DNA of 64,000 nucleotides from NCBI GenBank assembly GCA_963674595.2, contig CAXXFV010000008.1, forward strand, positions 128,001 to 192,000, in the 5' to 3' direction. Under the pieces are notes generated by a model. It was not told the DNA's origin, did no database searches, and was given only the letters and a program-made list of their open reading frames with translations. The stretch is from a bacterium. GTDB taxonomy: Bacteria > Zhuqueibacterota > Zhuqueibacteria > Residuimicrobiales > Krinioviventaceae. Both the position numbers and the translations under genes were made by a program. Shown here one piece after another: positions 1-10,576 of this stretch (position 1 is the first letter of the stretch; each line of letters begins with the position of its first letter).

Positions 1-174
1 GATTTGGCTTTCTTTTATTTGAGCGATATCCAGACAGCGTAATCCGACACCACGTCGTTGTTCACTGTTTTCAGCTTTTAAAAACCAGATTCCTACCAGT
101 AAAAGTATAAGGATTGTAATGGCAAATACGATTTGAACCCATCTGGGAAATGTTTTTTGTTTTTCCTGGCCCAA
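1..174 (-). CDS. N-terminal fragment of a membrane-anchored protein, probably a sensor (runs off the window)
   Basis: Manual translation from TTG at 174 with upstream AAAGGA: MGQEKQKTFPRWVQIVFAITILILLLVGIWFLKAENSEQRR...; one TM helix, frame open to position 1. Confidence 0.55.
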   Translation of the reverse strand, partial: MGQEKQKTFPRWVQIVFAITILILLLVGIWFLKAENSEQRRGVGLRCLDIAQIKESQI

Positions 175-805
175 TTTATTTCCTTTAATAATAGATAAGA
201 CTTTTCTCTAACATTATATTCATTTTATGAGATCAAAAAGATTTATTTGCAGGCCGTGATTTTTTAGAAAGCAAGTAATTATTAAAAATATAATATCCAA
301 AGTAAGTGCTGGATGAGAATTATAGATAATAAAACGATCAGTTAAATGGTATTTTTTTTACAGCTTGCTTTTTCCAATGAAATTGGTGGGAATATTAGAA
401 ACAGGAGATCATCTGACTGCTTACAAGTCGATCTTGTCTGAAAGGCTTTGTTCAACAACCAGGATCTTCAAGCTAACTTTTATCAAACAACTTTAGGAAG
501 AGTATTCGAGAACTATTTTTTTTGTTCTACCAATGTATTGTCTAAGTTTTAAGAATGCAAGCACAAAATCAATATTATTTAGAAATAATCCTCATATATC
601 GAGAGTGGTATTTGACCAAAGGTCAGATAAAAAAAAGTTATTATTATAATTTTCCTTTATACAAAAATTGTACTGAAAAAATTTCAATTTAAATCCAGGA
701 TTTTTCGAGTATATCAGATTCCATTTGCATTTCATAATAATTTTTCATACTTATAAAATCACCCCAAATCCCTAACTGTTATGCACTGGAAAAGGAGATT
801 GCGCA

Positions 806-2473
806 ATGCATTGGTTGGATACGATTGTTCTTTTTAGTTACTTTATCGGTATAACGATTTTTGGCTTATGGTTGTCCCGACGTATAAAAACAAGTGATGG
901 TTATTTCCGCGGCGAGAGAAAGTTTTCATGGTGGATTATGATGGGCCAGGCGTTTGGTACGGGAACCCACGCGGAAAATTTTGTGGCTCAAACAGGAGCT
1001 ACTTTTGGTGGTGGTTTCGCAACAATCTGGTATCAATGGAAAAATATGCTCATTACGCCATTTTATTGGCTTTTAGCCCCCTGGTACCGACGCAGTGAAA
1101 GAACAACTGTTGGCGAAATGATTGAAGATCGTTACGGCCGCAAGATGGCTTTTGTTTATTCGATTTTTGCTATCAGTTTTTTTGTTTTTTCCCAGGGTGT
1201 CATGCTTCAGGGTGCAGCCAAGGTCATTTCTGTTGCAACCGGAAACCTGATATCACCAACCGGTGTTGTTGTTGCCATGACCATTGCCTTTATTCTTTAC
1301 AGCTTTTTCGGAGGCCTCGTTGCTTCGGCTTATGCTGATTTTATTCAGGCATTTATGATTATCATTCTTTCTCTCATGTTAATTCCGTCCGGACTATATG
1401 CTGTCGGCGGGTTTTCCGGAATGCGGGCCAGTTTACCGCCGGAATTTTTCAAACTTTACAGCGAAGCAAGCGGCATGGGAGCCTTTACAATAGCCATGCT
1501 TGCCGTCAACGGAATTGTTGGAATTACGGCCCAACCGCACATGCTGTCCATGTGTGCCACCGGTAGAACCGAACGGGCCGGTCGTGTAGGGCAAACCTAT
1601 GGTTCGCTTGTCAAACGTGTTTGTACCGTCGGATGGGCTTTAACCGGTATTATCGTCGCTGCTTTGGTCGTTCAACGGGGTGTACAGTTGTCTGATCCGG
1701 AAGCGGCATTTGGGTTTGCCAGCAGAGAACTGTTGCTGCCGGGTCTTACCGGACTTATGATTGCTTCTGTTTTGGCAGCCAATATGTCCTCCTGTTCAAA
1801 CTTTATGGTAAATACAGGCGCACTTTTTACTCAAAACTTTTATAAAGAATATATAAAGCCAAATGCAGATGATAAAAACCTGCTTTGGGTTGGTCGTTTT
1901 TCCGGATTCGGTTTAACCATTCTTGGTGTTTTGTTTGCATTAACTGTTAAAAACGTTCTTCATGGTTTTCTTTTTACGGAAACAATAGCTGCCTTTATGG
2001 GTATTATTGTTTTTGGCGGCATTTTATGGAAACGCGCCAACCGATACGGCGCTTATGCCGCTGTTATTACATCTTTTGGTTTGTATTACTTTTTAAACTA
2101 TAGGATTACCGGTGAATTTATGGTTGTTTATAAATGGCAGCCCGAGCCTTTTGGCTGGACCATGCTCGCCGGATTTTTAGCATTGATTATTTTTAGTCTA
2201 ATATCAAAACCGGAAGATAAAGAAAGAATTGACAAATTTTTTGACAATATGAATCGTCTTTCTGATGAAGATTTTAAAGTCGATGGTGAAAAACCTTTGG
2301 CAAAGGACCATGGACAGGATTTATTATTTCTTGATATCGGCGGATGGTTTACAGCCGACCGTTGGAAAGGATTTTTTAACCGATACAAAGAGGATTTTTG
2401 GGGCTTTATTTTAGCGTGGGGATTAGTAGGCGTTTTAATTTTAATCGCCTGGAGTATTATGCAAATTCATTAA
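806..2473 (+). CDS. Sodium:solute symporter (SSS) family, likely sugar/amino-sugar
   Basis: 555 aa multi-TM protein; SSS-type motifs 'DGYFRGER', 'YSFFGGLVASAYADFIQ', 'LAANMSS'; AAGGAG RBS. Confidence 0.9.
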   Translation: MHWLDTIVLFSYFIGITIFGLWLSRRIKTSDGYFRGERKFSWWIMMGQAFGTGTHAENFVAQTGATFGGGFATIWYQWKNMLITPFYWLLAPWYRRSERTTVGEMIEDRYGRKMAFVYSIFAISFFVFSQGVMLQGAAKVISVATGNLISPTGVVVAMTIAFILYSFFGGLVASAYADFIQAFMIIILSLMLIPSGLYAVGGFSGMRASLPPEFFKLYSEASGMGAFTIAMLAVNGIVGITAQPHMLSMCATGRTERAGRVGQTYGSLVKRVCTVGWALTGIIVAALVVQRGVQLSDPEAAFGFASRELLLPGLTGLMIASVLAANMSSCSNFMVNTGALFTQNFYKEYIKPNADDKNLLWVGRFSGFGLTILGVLFALTVKNVLHGFLFTETIAAFMGIIVFGGILWKRANRYGAYAAVITSFGLYYFLNYRITGEFMVVYKWQPEPFGWTMLAGFLALIIFSLISKPEDKERIDKFFDNMNRLSDEDFKVDGEKPLAKDHGQDLLFLDIGGWFTADRWKGFFNRYKEDFWGFILAWGLVGVLILIAWSIMQIH

Positions 2474-2482
2474 GAGAGAAAT

Positions 2483-3826
2483 ATGAATAAAATTATTATT
2501 AAAAACGCAAAGGTCGTTTTTCCCGAAGTTGTCAAGAACCGGCATATCATTATCCAGGATGGGATTATTACCTATGTCGGTGATTTCCCGGATATTGGCG
2601 ATGACGATACCGTTATAGATGCCCGCGATAAATATATTTTACCCGGATTTATTGATATACATTCTCACGGCGCTGTTGGCTTTGATGCAACAATTGGATT
2701 GTATAACAAAAGTACGGGTGAGTTTTTACTGGACCCCGAGCACTATCAATTCGGTTTGCAAAAGGCTGTTGATTTTTTTGTGAAAACAGGAACGACCAAA
2801 AAAATATTCACCACCATGGCAAGTCCGATAGAATCTCTTGAAATGGCCTTTGAGCAGATGAATGACTTTGTTCTGGATGCGAAATCGTCTTTTACAGATA
2901 TTTTTGCCGGAATTAATGTCGAAGGAACCTTTACAAAAATGGAGCAGTATAGAGGCGCTCAAAACGCGGATTATTTTTATCCGCCGACAGTAGAGCTGTT
3001 CAAGCGTTTACAAAAAACAGCAAAGGGGAAAATTAAAATTGTAAATGTTCCTCCCGAACATGGAGAGGCGGGTTTTGAATTAATTGACTATCTTAATAAT
3101 AACGATATTATTGCTGCTGCCGGACACACCGGTGCCACGGCCCAGCAATATGAAAAAGCTGTGGAACATGGATTATCGCTGGCCGTACATTTTTTAAACG
3201 GACCGACCGGCAGTTCCACCAAACCTTTCTTTGGAGGCGGAGCTGTTGAAGCGGTTTTACGCAATGCCAATGTTTTCGTCGAACTGATTGCCGATGGTTA
3301 TCACGTCAGTCCGTCCTATGTTCTCGACACAATCCGGCGTAAAGGATTTCGGAACACCATTCTTATTACAGACAGTATGTTTGTTGCCGGTATGACGGAC
3401 GTGGATACTTTTCAGGTTTGCGGTATTAACGGGAAAGTGAGTGCCAATAAAGAATATCTTCAGGTTGTTGAAAGTGAAAATACACTGTTTGGTAGTATTT
3501 TAACAATGGATAAAGCTTTTTCCAATATTTTAAATTGGCTGACCCAGCCTGTTGATGGCATCTGGCAGCCAATGCATATTCCGCATGATTTTGAATCGGC
3601 GCTGATAAATACCTCCCGGATGTGCAGTCAAATTCCTGCCAGGCTGCTGGGTATTTACCGGCCAGAGGAAAGAATAATAAATCAGGATTTGAGTGATTAT
3701 ACTGGAAGTATTGAAGTCGGAAAAAAGGCTGATATTATTATTGCTTCTATTACCCAAAAAGATACCGGATATAATCTGGAAATAGATTCTGTCTTTTTAA
3801 AAGGAGAAAAAGTGGACATGAATTAA
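2483..3826 (+). CDS. nagA: N-acetylglucosamine-6-phosphate deacetylase-like amidohydrolase
   Basis: PGFIDIHSHG, NVEG, AGHT, HFLNG, ELIADGYHV, LITDS and GSIEVGKKADI motifs. Confidence 0.8.
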   Translation: MNKIIIKNAKVVFPEVVKNRHIIIQDGIITYVGDFPDIGDDDTVIDARDKYILPGFIDIHSHGAVGFDATIGLYNKSTGEFLLDPEHYQFGLQKAVDFFVKTGTTKKIFTTMASPIESLEMAFEQMNDFVLDAKSSFTDIFAGINVEGTFTKMEQYRGAQNADYFYPPTVELFKRLQKTAKGKIKIVNVPPEHGEAGFELIDYLNNNDIIAAAGHTGATAQQYEKAVEHGLSLAVHFLNGPTGSSTKPFFGGGAVEAVLRNANVFVELIADGYHVSPSYVLDTIRRKGFRNTILITDSMFVAGMTDVDTFQVCGINGKVSANKEYLQVVESENTLFGSILTMDKAFSNILNWLTQPVDGIWQPMHIPHDFESALINTSRMCSQIPARLLGIYRPEERIINQDLSDYTGSIEVGKKADIIIASITQKDTGYNLEIDSVFLKGEKVDMN

Positions 3827-3847
3827 AAATTCTTAAAGGGATTTGGA

Positions 3848-5812
3848 ATGAAAATTTTTTATACTCTATTTTTTATTTTCTATATATTTGTTTTACCGGG
3901 AAAAAGTTTTGCTGATGAGCGTAAATTATTATCAAATGAATATAGTTTAAATGATGTTCAAAATATATTGCTGGGTGTTGACGAATGGCACCCCTATCCA
4001 AAATACGGGGAAAACAATGGCTGGGACCGGTTCCCAGAGGATTTGCGAAAAACACACATCTCTCTGGGTGAACAGCAACTTGGAAAACCGTGGACCTTTT
4101 TACCGGCAACTGTTTTTCTTGAATTTCAGAGAACCGGAAACAGATCTAATTATGAAAGTTTGGCTTCCAGTCGCCGGGGACAACTGTCCAAACTGGTTTT
4201 AGCGGAAATTTTTGAACAAAAGCAGCGTTTTATTGATGATATTGTTAACGGTGTTTGGGCCATTTGTGAAGAAACATACTGGGGACTTCCTGCTCATTTG
4301 AGCCTGCAAAAAGCCGGTTTTGGTTTGCCGGACGTTATAGAACCAACAGTCGACCTTGTCGCAGCAGAAACGGCCAACTTGCTTGCCTGGACCTATTATT
4401 TTTTAGGTGAAGAACTGGACAAGGTTTCACCGCTTGTATCACAACGAATAGAGTATGAAATAGACCGCCGCATTTTAACACCAAATTTTACGCGTGATGA
4501 TTTTTGGTGGATGGGATTTGAAGGTAATCATATCAACAACTGGAATCCATGGGTTAATTCCAACTGGTTGACATGTGTTTTATTGATTGAAAAAGATAAA
4601 GACAGGCGAGATAGGGCTGTTTACAAAATTATGAAAAGTCTGGATAAATTTATCGGGATTTATCCGCAAGATGGCGGTTGTGATGAAGGACCGGCATACT
4701 GGCCAAGGGCCGGGGGTTCACTTTTTGACTGTCTGGATTTGCTGGCATCTGCTTCAAATAATAAAATAAATATTTTTGATGATCCTTTAATTAAAAATAT
4801 TGCCGCCTTTATCTATCGGGCGTATATAAACAAAAGTTATTTTATTAATTTTGCCGATGCTCCGCCGAGAGTTTCGGTTGAACCTGCCCATATATATCGT
4901 TTTGGTAAAAGCATCAACGACAGCACCATGATGCGATTTGCGGGCTTTTGTGCAAACTATCAAAGCAATGGAAAGGGATATTCCCCCCGCAGTTATGGGC
5001 GTTTGAACAGGCATTTACCGGCTCTTTTTGTGACGCAGGAAGTAAATGCAATACAGCCCCGGGAACCGAATATTAAAGATTTTTGGCTTTCCGATATACA
5101 GGTTATGGGCGCCCGTTCAAAAGATAATTCTAATAAAGGATTTTATTTGGCAGCCAAAGGTGGGCATAATGCCGAAAGTCACAACCACAACGATGTTGGG
5201 AACTTTATAGTATATTATGATGGTGAACCTCTTTTGATTGATGCCGGATCTGCGGTTTATACTAAAACAACATTCAGTGACCAGCGATATACTTTATGGT
5301 TTACCCAGTCCGGGTATCATAATTTACCTCTGTTAAATGGGGTTATGCAAAAGAACGGGCGTGAATTCGCCGTTGCAAATGCCCGGTACCATGCCGATGA
5401 TGATAAGGCCTGGTTTTTTGCAGATATTGCCGGCGCCTATCCGGATTCGGCACAAATTAAAAAATGGGAACGTAAAATTATACTGGTCCGTGATAAGCAA
5501 ATACGTCTTGAAGAAGAATATGAATTTCAGCAGGTATTACAACCTGTTGTGTTGAATTTTATGACGGCAAATAAACCTTTTGTTTCTGAAACTGATAAAG
5601 GAAAAATCAGTATTGCCGCAAAGGATAATCAGAATTCCGGAAAAGGTTTTACATTACATTATGATCATAAAAAGTTTGATGTTAATATTGAGCCAAAAAA
5701 ATTAACTGACTCCCGGATGCGCAATAGCTGGGGGGAGACTCTTTACAGGATCCGGCTTGTTGCAAAAGATAAAAACACCACAGGAAAACATATCATTACC
5801 ATTACTCATTAA
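3848..5812 (+). CDS. Secreted heparinase II/III-family protein (paralog 1)
   Basis: Signal peptide; NNWNPW, DGGCDEGPAYW, NFADA, KGGHNAESHNHNDVGNF, SGYHNLP motifs. Confidence 0.85.
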   Translation: MKIFYTLFFIFYIFVLPGKSFADERKLLSNEYSLNDVQNILLGVDEWHPYPKYGENNGWDRFPEDLRKTHISLGEQQLGKPWTFLPATVFLEFQRTGNRSNYESLASSRRGQLSKLVLAEIFEQKQRFIDDIVNGVWAICEETYWGLPAHLSLQKAGFGLPDVIEPTVDLVAAETANLLAWTYYFLGEELDKVSPLVSQRIEYEIDRRILTPNFTRDDFWWMGFEGNHINNWNPWVNSNWLTCVLLIEKDKDRRDRAVYKIMKSLDKFIGIYPQDGGCDEGPAYWPRAGGSLFDCLDLLASASNNKINIFDDPLIKNIAAFIYRAYINKSYFINFADAPPRVSVEPAHIYRFGKSINDSTMMRFAGFCANYQSNGKGYSPRSYGRLNRHLPALFVTQEVNAIQPREPNIKDFWLSDIQVMGARSKDNSNKGFYLAAKGGHNAESHNHNDVGNFIVYYDGEPLLIDAGSAVYTKTTFSDQRYTLWFTQSGYHNLPLLNGVMQKNGREFAVANARYHADDDKAWFFADIAGAYPDSAQIKKWERKIILVRDKQIRLEEEYEFQQVLQPVVLNFMTANKPFVSETDKGKISIAAKDNQNSGKGFTLHYDHKKFDVNIEPKKLTDSRMRNSWGETLYRIRLVAKDKNTTGKHIITITH

Positions 5813-5919
5813 AATTTATGGCAACCAATAGACACAAATTATCCTGAAAAATATAAATGACAATTAAATTAGTTTTTTAAAAATAACCGAAAATTGAATG
5901 TAAAATTCGAGGATCATAC

Positions 5920-7878
5920 ATGAAGCAATTCCAGATTGTTGTCCTGTTTTTTCTTTTGTTTTCTTTCATTGGAAAAAGCGAGGCAACCGACCGTAAGCTG
6001 TTGTCCAAAGAATACCTGATTGATGATATTCAAAACGCTCTTTCAGATGTTGATACATGGCATCCTTTTCCCAAATATGGTGAACCCGGCGGCTGGGACC
6101 AATTCCCTGAAGATGTTCGCAAAACCCATATAGCCTTGGGTGATTCCTTACTTGGAAAACCATGGACTTTTTTACCGGCGTCTGTTTTTTTAGAATTTTA
6201 TAGAAACGGGAATCGATCAAATTTTCAGAAATTAACATTTGCAAGAAGAGGTCAATTGGCAAAACTGGTTTTTGCTGAAATGTTTGAACAGAAACAACGG
6301 TTTATTGACGACATTGTCAATGGTATATGGGCGATATGTGAGGAAACATATTGGGGTATACCTGCTCATCTGGATATTCAAACAGCCGGTTACGGCCTTC
6401 CTGATGTTGAAGAGCCAACGGTTGACCTGTTTGTCTCTGAAACGGCCACACTATTGGCATGGACCTATTATTTATTAGGATCGGAATTGGAAAAGGTCTC
6501 ACCGCTTGTTACACGCCGGATCGAATATGAAATGAACAGACGTGTGTTAACACCCTGTTTTAATCGTCCTGATTTTTGGTGGATGGGATTTAATGGGGAT
6601 GTTATCAATAACTGGAATCCCTGGGTCAATTCAAGCTGGTTGACCTGTATTTTGTTGTTTGAAAAAGATCCTAACCGACGCAGTCAGGCTGTTTATCGGG
6701 TTTTGCAAAGTCTGGATAAATTTATCGAATTTTACCCGGACGATGGCGGTTGTGATGAAGGACCGGGATACTGGAAAAGGGCAGGGGGTTCTCTGTTTGA
6801 TTGTCTGGAGCTTTTGGCTTTATCTTCCAATAATAAAATTAATTTTTTTAGTGAACCGCTGGTCGCTAATATCGGTGCGTTTATTTACAAGACACATATT
6901 GATAAAAATTACTTTACAAATTTTGCTGATGCAACTCCGAAAGTAGCTGTGGAGCCTGCTCATGTTTACCGCTTTGGTAAGTGTATACATGACAGCACGA
7001 TGATGAAATTCGCTGCTTACTGTGGACAGGAGCAGAGTGAGGGAAAAGGTTACCGTCCCCGTGATTATATCCATTTTAACAGACATTTGTCTGCTCTTTT
7101 TACAATGCAGGAACTATCACAAATTCAGCCTGAAGAGCCTTTCCTGAAAGATATGTGGCTTCCTGATATTCAGTTAATGACGGCGCGATCTAGAGCTCAC
7201 TCCGGCGATGGCTTTTTTATGGCAGCAAAAGGAGGGCATAACGCCGAAAATCATAATCACAATGATGTCGGAAGTTTTATTATTTATTATGATGGGGATC
7301 CCCTTTTTATAGACGTTGGTGCTGAAGTTTATACGAGAAAAACGTTCAATAATCAACGATACACATTGTGGTTTACCCAATCCGGAAACCACAATGTTCC
7401 GGTTTTAAACGGGGAAATGCAAAAAGATGGACGTATGTATGCAGCAAAAGATATTCATTATTATGCCGACGATAAGGAAGCGTGGCTGCAGTCGGATATT
7501 GCCGGCGCTTATCCTGAGCAAGCACGTATTAAAAGCTGGATTCGCAAAATCACCCTTGTCCGCAATCAGGAAATTCGGCTGGAAGAAAGGTACGAGTTTG
7601 ATGATATTGATAAACCCGTCATACTCACTTTTATGACCTTAAATAAGCCTCAAAAAATGAGTGATGGAAAAATTTCTATTGTTGCAAAAGAAAACCAAAA
7701 TGACGGCAAGGATTTTTATTTAAATTATGATAAAAATGTGTTTGATGTAAAAATTGAGCCTGAAAATTTAACAGACGTAAAAATGTTACATAGCTGGGGC
7801 AAAATAGTTTATAAAATACAACTTGTTGCGAAAGATATGCAGAAGGCAGGAAAATACATTGTGACAATAGATCGGTAA
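5920..7878 (+). CDS. Secreted heparinase II/III-family protein (paralog 2)
   Basis: Collinear with the previous gene over its full length; same motifs (NNWNPW, DGGCDEGPGYW, HNHNDVGSF). Confidence 0.85.
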   Translation: MKQFQIVVLFFLLFSFIGKSEATDRKLLSKEYLIDDIQNALSDVDTWHPFPKYGEPGGWDQFPEDVRKTHIALGDSLLGKPWTFLPASVFLEFYRNGNRSNFQKLTFARRGQLAKLVFAEMFEQKQRFIDDIVNGIWAICEETYWGIPAHLDIQTAGYGLPDVEEPTVDLFVSETATLLAWTYYLLGSELEKVSPLVTRRIEYEMNRRVLTPCFNRPDFWWMGFNGDVINNWNPWVNSSWLTCILLFEKDPNRRSQAVYRVLQSLDKFIEFYPDDGGCDEGPGYWKRAGGSLFDCLELLALSSNNKINFFSEPLVANIGAFIYKTHIDKNYFTNFADATPKVAVEPAHVYRFGKCIHDSTMMKFAAYCGQEQSEGKGYRPRDYIHFNRHLSALFTMQELSQIQPEEPFLKDMWLPDIQLMTARSRAHSGDGFFMAAKGGHNAENHNHNDVGSFIIYYDGDPLFIDVGAEVYTRKTFNNQRYTLWFTQSGNHNVPVLNGEMQKDGRMYAAKDIHYYADDKEAWLQSDIAGAYPEQARIKSWIRKITLVRNQEIRLEERYEFDDIDKPVILTFMTLNKPQKMSDGKISIVAKENQNDGKDFYLNYDKNVFDVKIEPENLTDVKMLHSWGKIVYKIQLVAKDMQKAGKYIVTIDR

Positions 7879-7888
7879 AGGAGAGACT

Positions 7889-8824
7889 GTGAAATTAAAT
7901 AAAATATTGGGGATTTATAACCGTTTGTTTGTTTTGTGGGTTATATTGGGAGGTGCTGCTGCTTTTTGGTTTCCCGGATTTTTTATCCCGCTAAAAGGGG
8001 GGATGGAGTGGTTTTTTGCTGTGACCATGTTGGGTGTCGGCATGGTGTTGGACCCGGTGGATTTTAAAAATATTTTCCGTAATTATAAAGTTGTTATTGT
8101 TGGTGTTGTTGCCCAGTTTACCATTATGCCTGTTTCAGCTTATTTAGTAGCAAAACTTTTTTCTTTTTCAAAAGAATTTTCACTGGGTCTTATTCTTGCC
8201 GGTTCTGCTCCCGGGGCCATGGCCAGTAATGTGCTGAGTTATTTGGCCGGGGCTGATGTTGCCTATTCTGTTTCATTAACCACAGCCTCAACATTATTGG
8301 CGCCGGTGTTAACGCCGTTATTAACGTTATCTCTGGCTCATACAATTTTGGAAATCCCTTTTTGGGCCATGTTCCTCAGTGTAACAAAAATGGTGCTGCT
8401 GCCTCTTCTCATTGGACTGGGATTGAAAGCCTGGCTGAATGAGAGAGTAGAGCCGATTACCAAAGTTTTCCCGGCTGTTTCAACAACCTTTATTGCTTTT
8501 ATTTGTGCTTTGGTCATTGCGCTGAATAAAGCTTTTATATTACAAATAAATTTATGGATATTTATTGCAGCTATTGTTTTAAACCTTATGGGATTAACCT
8601 TGGGCTATCTCACCGGAAGATTTTTCAAATTTGATTTGTTAAAAAAGAGAGCATTGGCGATAGAAATTGGTATGCAAAATGCCGGTTTGGGAAGTGTGCT
8701 GGCATTAAAACATTTTAATGAACGAACCGCCTTACCGGCTGTTATATTTGTTTTTGTATGTATCTTTAGCGCCTCGATTTTGGTGCAAATTTGGTCCAAA
8801 GACCGAAAAGAAAACCAGGTTTAA
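7889..8824 (+). CDS. Bile acid:sodium symporter (BASS/SBF) family transporter
   Basis: AQFTIMP, APGAMASNV, IEIGMQNAGLG motifs; GTG start with GGAG RBS. Confidence 0.9.
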   Translation: MKLNKILGIYNRLFVLWVILGGAAAFWFPGFFIPLKGGMEWFFAVTMLGVGMVLDPVDFKNIFRNYKVVIVGVVAQFTIMPVSAYLVAKLFSFSKEFSLGLILAGSAPGAMASNVLSYLAGADVAYSVSLTTASTLLAPVLTPLLTLSLAHTILEIPFWAMFLSVTKMVLLPLLIGLGLKAWLNERVEPITKVFPAVSTTFIAFICALVIALNKAFILQINLWIFIAAIVLNLMGLTLGYLTGRFFKFDLLKKRALAIEIGMQNAGLGSVLALKHFNERTALPAVIFVFVCIFSASILVQIWSKDRKENQV

Positions 8825-8841
8825 CAGAAAGGCATATTTTT

Positions 8842-9876
8842 ATGAAAGCAATGGTTCTTGAAAAAATTGTTGATTTGTCTGAAAATCATGAGCCATTAAA
8901 ACTTGTAGAGTTTGAAACGCCCAGGCCGCGTGAAAATGAAATTCTGATAAAAATCAGCGCCAGTGGTGTCTGTCATACGGAACTGGATGAAATTGAAGGA
9001 CGAACAGCCCCTCCTGAATTTCCGGTTATTCCGGGGCATCAGGTCGTTGGTCGTGTTGTTGAATGTGGGCACAATGTTACAAAATGGCAAGTGGGTGATC
9101 GGGTTGGTGTCGCGTGGATATTTTCTGCTTGCGGTGTTTGTGAATATTGCCGGTCAGGAAACGAAAACCTTTGTCCGGATTTTATCGCAACGGGAAGAGA
9201 TGTGAACGGCGGATATTCAGAGCTTATGACTGTTGGTGAAAACTTTGCCTACCGCATTCCGGATGCTTTTTCAGATGTAATGGCGGCGCCCTTGTTATGT
9301 GCCGGGGCTATCGGCTATCGGTCGTTACGTTTGGCCGAATTAAAAAACGGTCAGAATTTAGGTTTGACGGGATTTGGGGCATCCGCACATCTTGTACTTA
9401 AACTTGTTCGATATAAATACCCCGATGCTAACGTTTTTGTCTTTGCCCGAAGTCCGCAGGAGCGGGAATTCGCCAGGGAGTTGGGAGCTGTTTGGGCCGG
9501 TGATACCCTGGAACATTCACCTGAATTGTTGAACAGTATTATTGATACAACACCTGTCTGGTCCCCTGTTGTAGAGGGTATGAAAAATCTAAAACCGGGT
9601 GGTCGGATGGTTATTAATGCTATTCGTAAAGAATCTGTTGATATTGAAAAATTGTTACAGCTTGATTACCCGACACATTTGTGGATGGAAAAAGAGATAA
9701 AAAGTGTAGCAAATGTGGCTGGAAAAGATGTATCGGAATTTTTGGAAATTGCCGCTAAAATTCCTATTCAGCCTGAAGTGCAAACTTTTTCACTTGAGGA
9801 AGCAAATAAAGCGTTGCTGGAACTTAAACAACGTAAAATTCGAGGTGCTAAAGTTCTGGTTATTGATCCGGATTAA
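8842..9876 (+). CDS. Zinc-dependent alcohol dehydrogenase family protein
   Basis: GVCHTELD, PGHQVVG, CGVCEYC..ENLC structural Zn site, APLLCAGAIG; start moved to MKAMVL at 8842. Confidence 0.9.
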   Translation: MKAMVLEKIVDLSENHEPLKLVEFETPRPRENEILIKISASGVCHTELDEIEGRTAPPEFPVIPGHQVVGRVVECGHNVTKWQVGDRVGVAWIFSACGVCEYCRSGNENLCPDFIATGRDVNGGYSELMTVGENFAYRIPDAFSDVMAAPLLCAGAIGYRSLRLAELKNGQNLGLTGFGASAHLVLKLVRYKYPDANVFVFARSPQEREFARELGAVWAGDTLEHSPELLNSIIDTTPVWSPVVEGMKNLKPGGRMVINAIRKESVDIEKLLQLDYPTHLWMEKEIKSVANVAGKDVSEFLEIAAKIPIQPEVQTFSLEEANKALLELKQRKIRGAKVLVIDPD

Positions 9877-9891
9877 ATTTCAGGAGGTTTT

Positions 9892-10533
9892 ATGATTGTT
9901 AAACAGTTTTCAACCGGTGGTGATCGTAATTTTGGTTATTTAATTGCCGATGACAAGACCCGACAGGCTGTGGTTGTCGATCCTTCTTATTCACCGGATA
10001 AAATCGTAAAATATGCCGATGAAAATAATTTTAAAATTGTTTATGTATTCTATACTCATGATCATTTCGATCATACAAACGGCAATGAAACAATAAAACG
10101 ATTGACCGGTTGTGAACCTTTGGGATATGGCTCTGTTGAACCGACAACCGGCATAAAAATAGTTGAGATGGCCAGATTGTCCCTGGGAGAGTTATCTATT
10201 AAAGTTTTCCATACGCCCGGCCACACGCAGGATTCGATTTGTATTTTAATTGATGATGCCGTGTTTACCGGTGACACGTTGTTTGTCGGCAAAGTGGGTG
10301 GGACTGATTATGGTGAACAGGCCTGGCAAGAGTATAATTCACTACATAAAAAACTAATGTCGCTGCCTGATGAGACCAAAGTGTATCCCGGACATGATTA
10401 CGGAACTGCACCCGAATCAACCATTAAGCATGAAAAAGAAACAAATCCTTTTATTATTCAAAAAGATTTTGATGCTTTTGTCAATTTAAAAAAGAACTGG
10501 CTTGATTATAAAAGGGAGCATGGTATAAAATAA
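9892..10533 (+). CDS. MBL-fold metallo-hydrolase (glyoxalase II-like)
   Basis: [25 protein letters not shown] motifs. Confidence 0.9.
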   Translation: MIVKQFSTGGDRNFGYLIADDKTRQAVVVDPSYSPDKIVKYADENNFKIVYVFYTHDHFDHTNGNETIKRLTGCEPLGYGSVEPTTGIKIVEMARLSLGELSIKVFHTPGHTQDSICILIDDAVFTGDTLFVGKVGGTDYGEQAWQEYNSLHKKLMSLPDETKVYPGHDYGTAPESTIKHEKETNPFIIQKDFDAFVNLKKNWLDYKREHGIK

Positions 10534-10576
10534 GTTGATTTTTACCACATAACTCTTTTTATAACCTTACATCAAC

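Noticed and set aside
421-471. Minus-strand micro-ORF LKILVVEQSLSDKIDL resembling a receiver-domain start
   Set aside because: Only 16 codons, no RBS, no continuation in other frames; likely chance
377-496. 39-codon plus-strand ORF in the first intergenic region
   Set aside because: No RBS and no recognisable motif
613-625. TGACC-AAA-GGTCA palindrome upstream of the SSS gene
   Set aside because: Single 5-bp dyad with no cognate regulator nearby; too weak to call
8791-8841. N-terminal extension of the ADH ORF
   Set aside because: Overlaps the BASS gene; the family-typical start is MKAMVL at 8842
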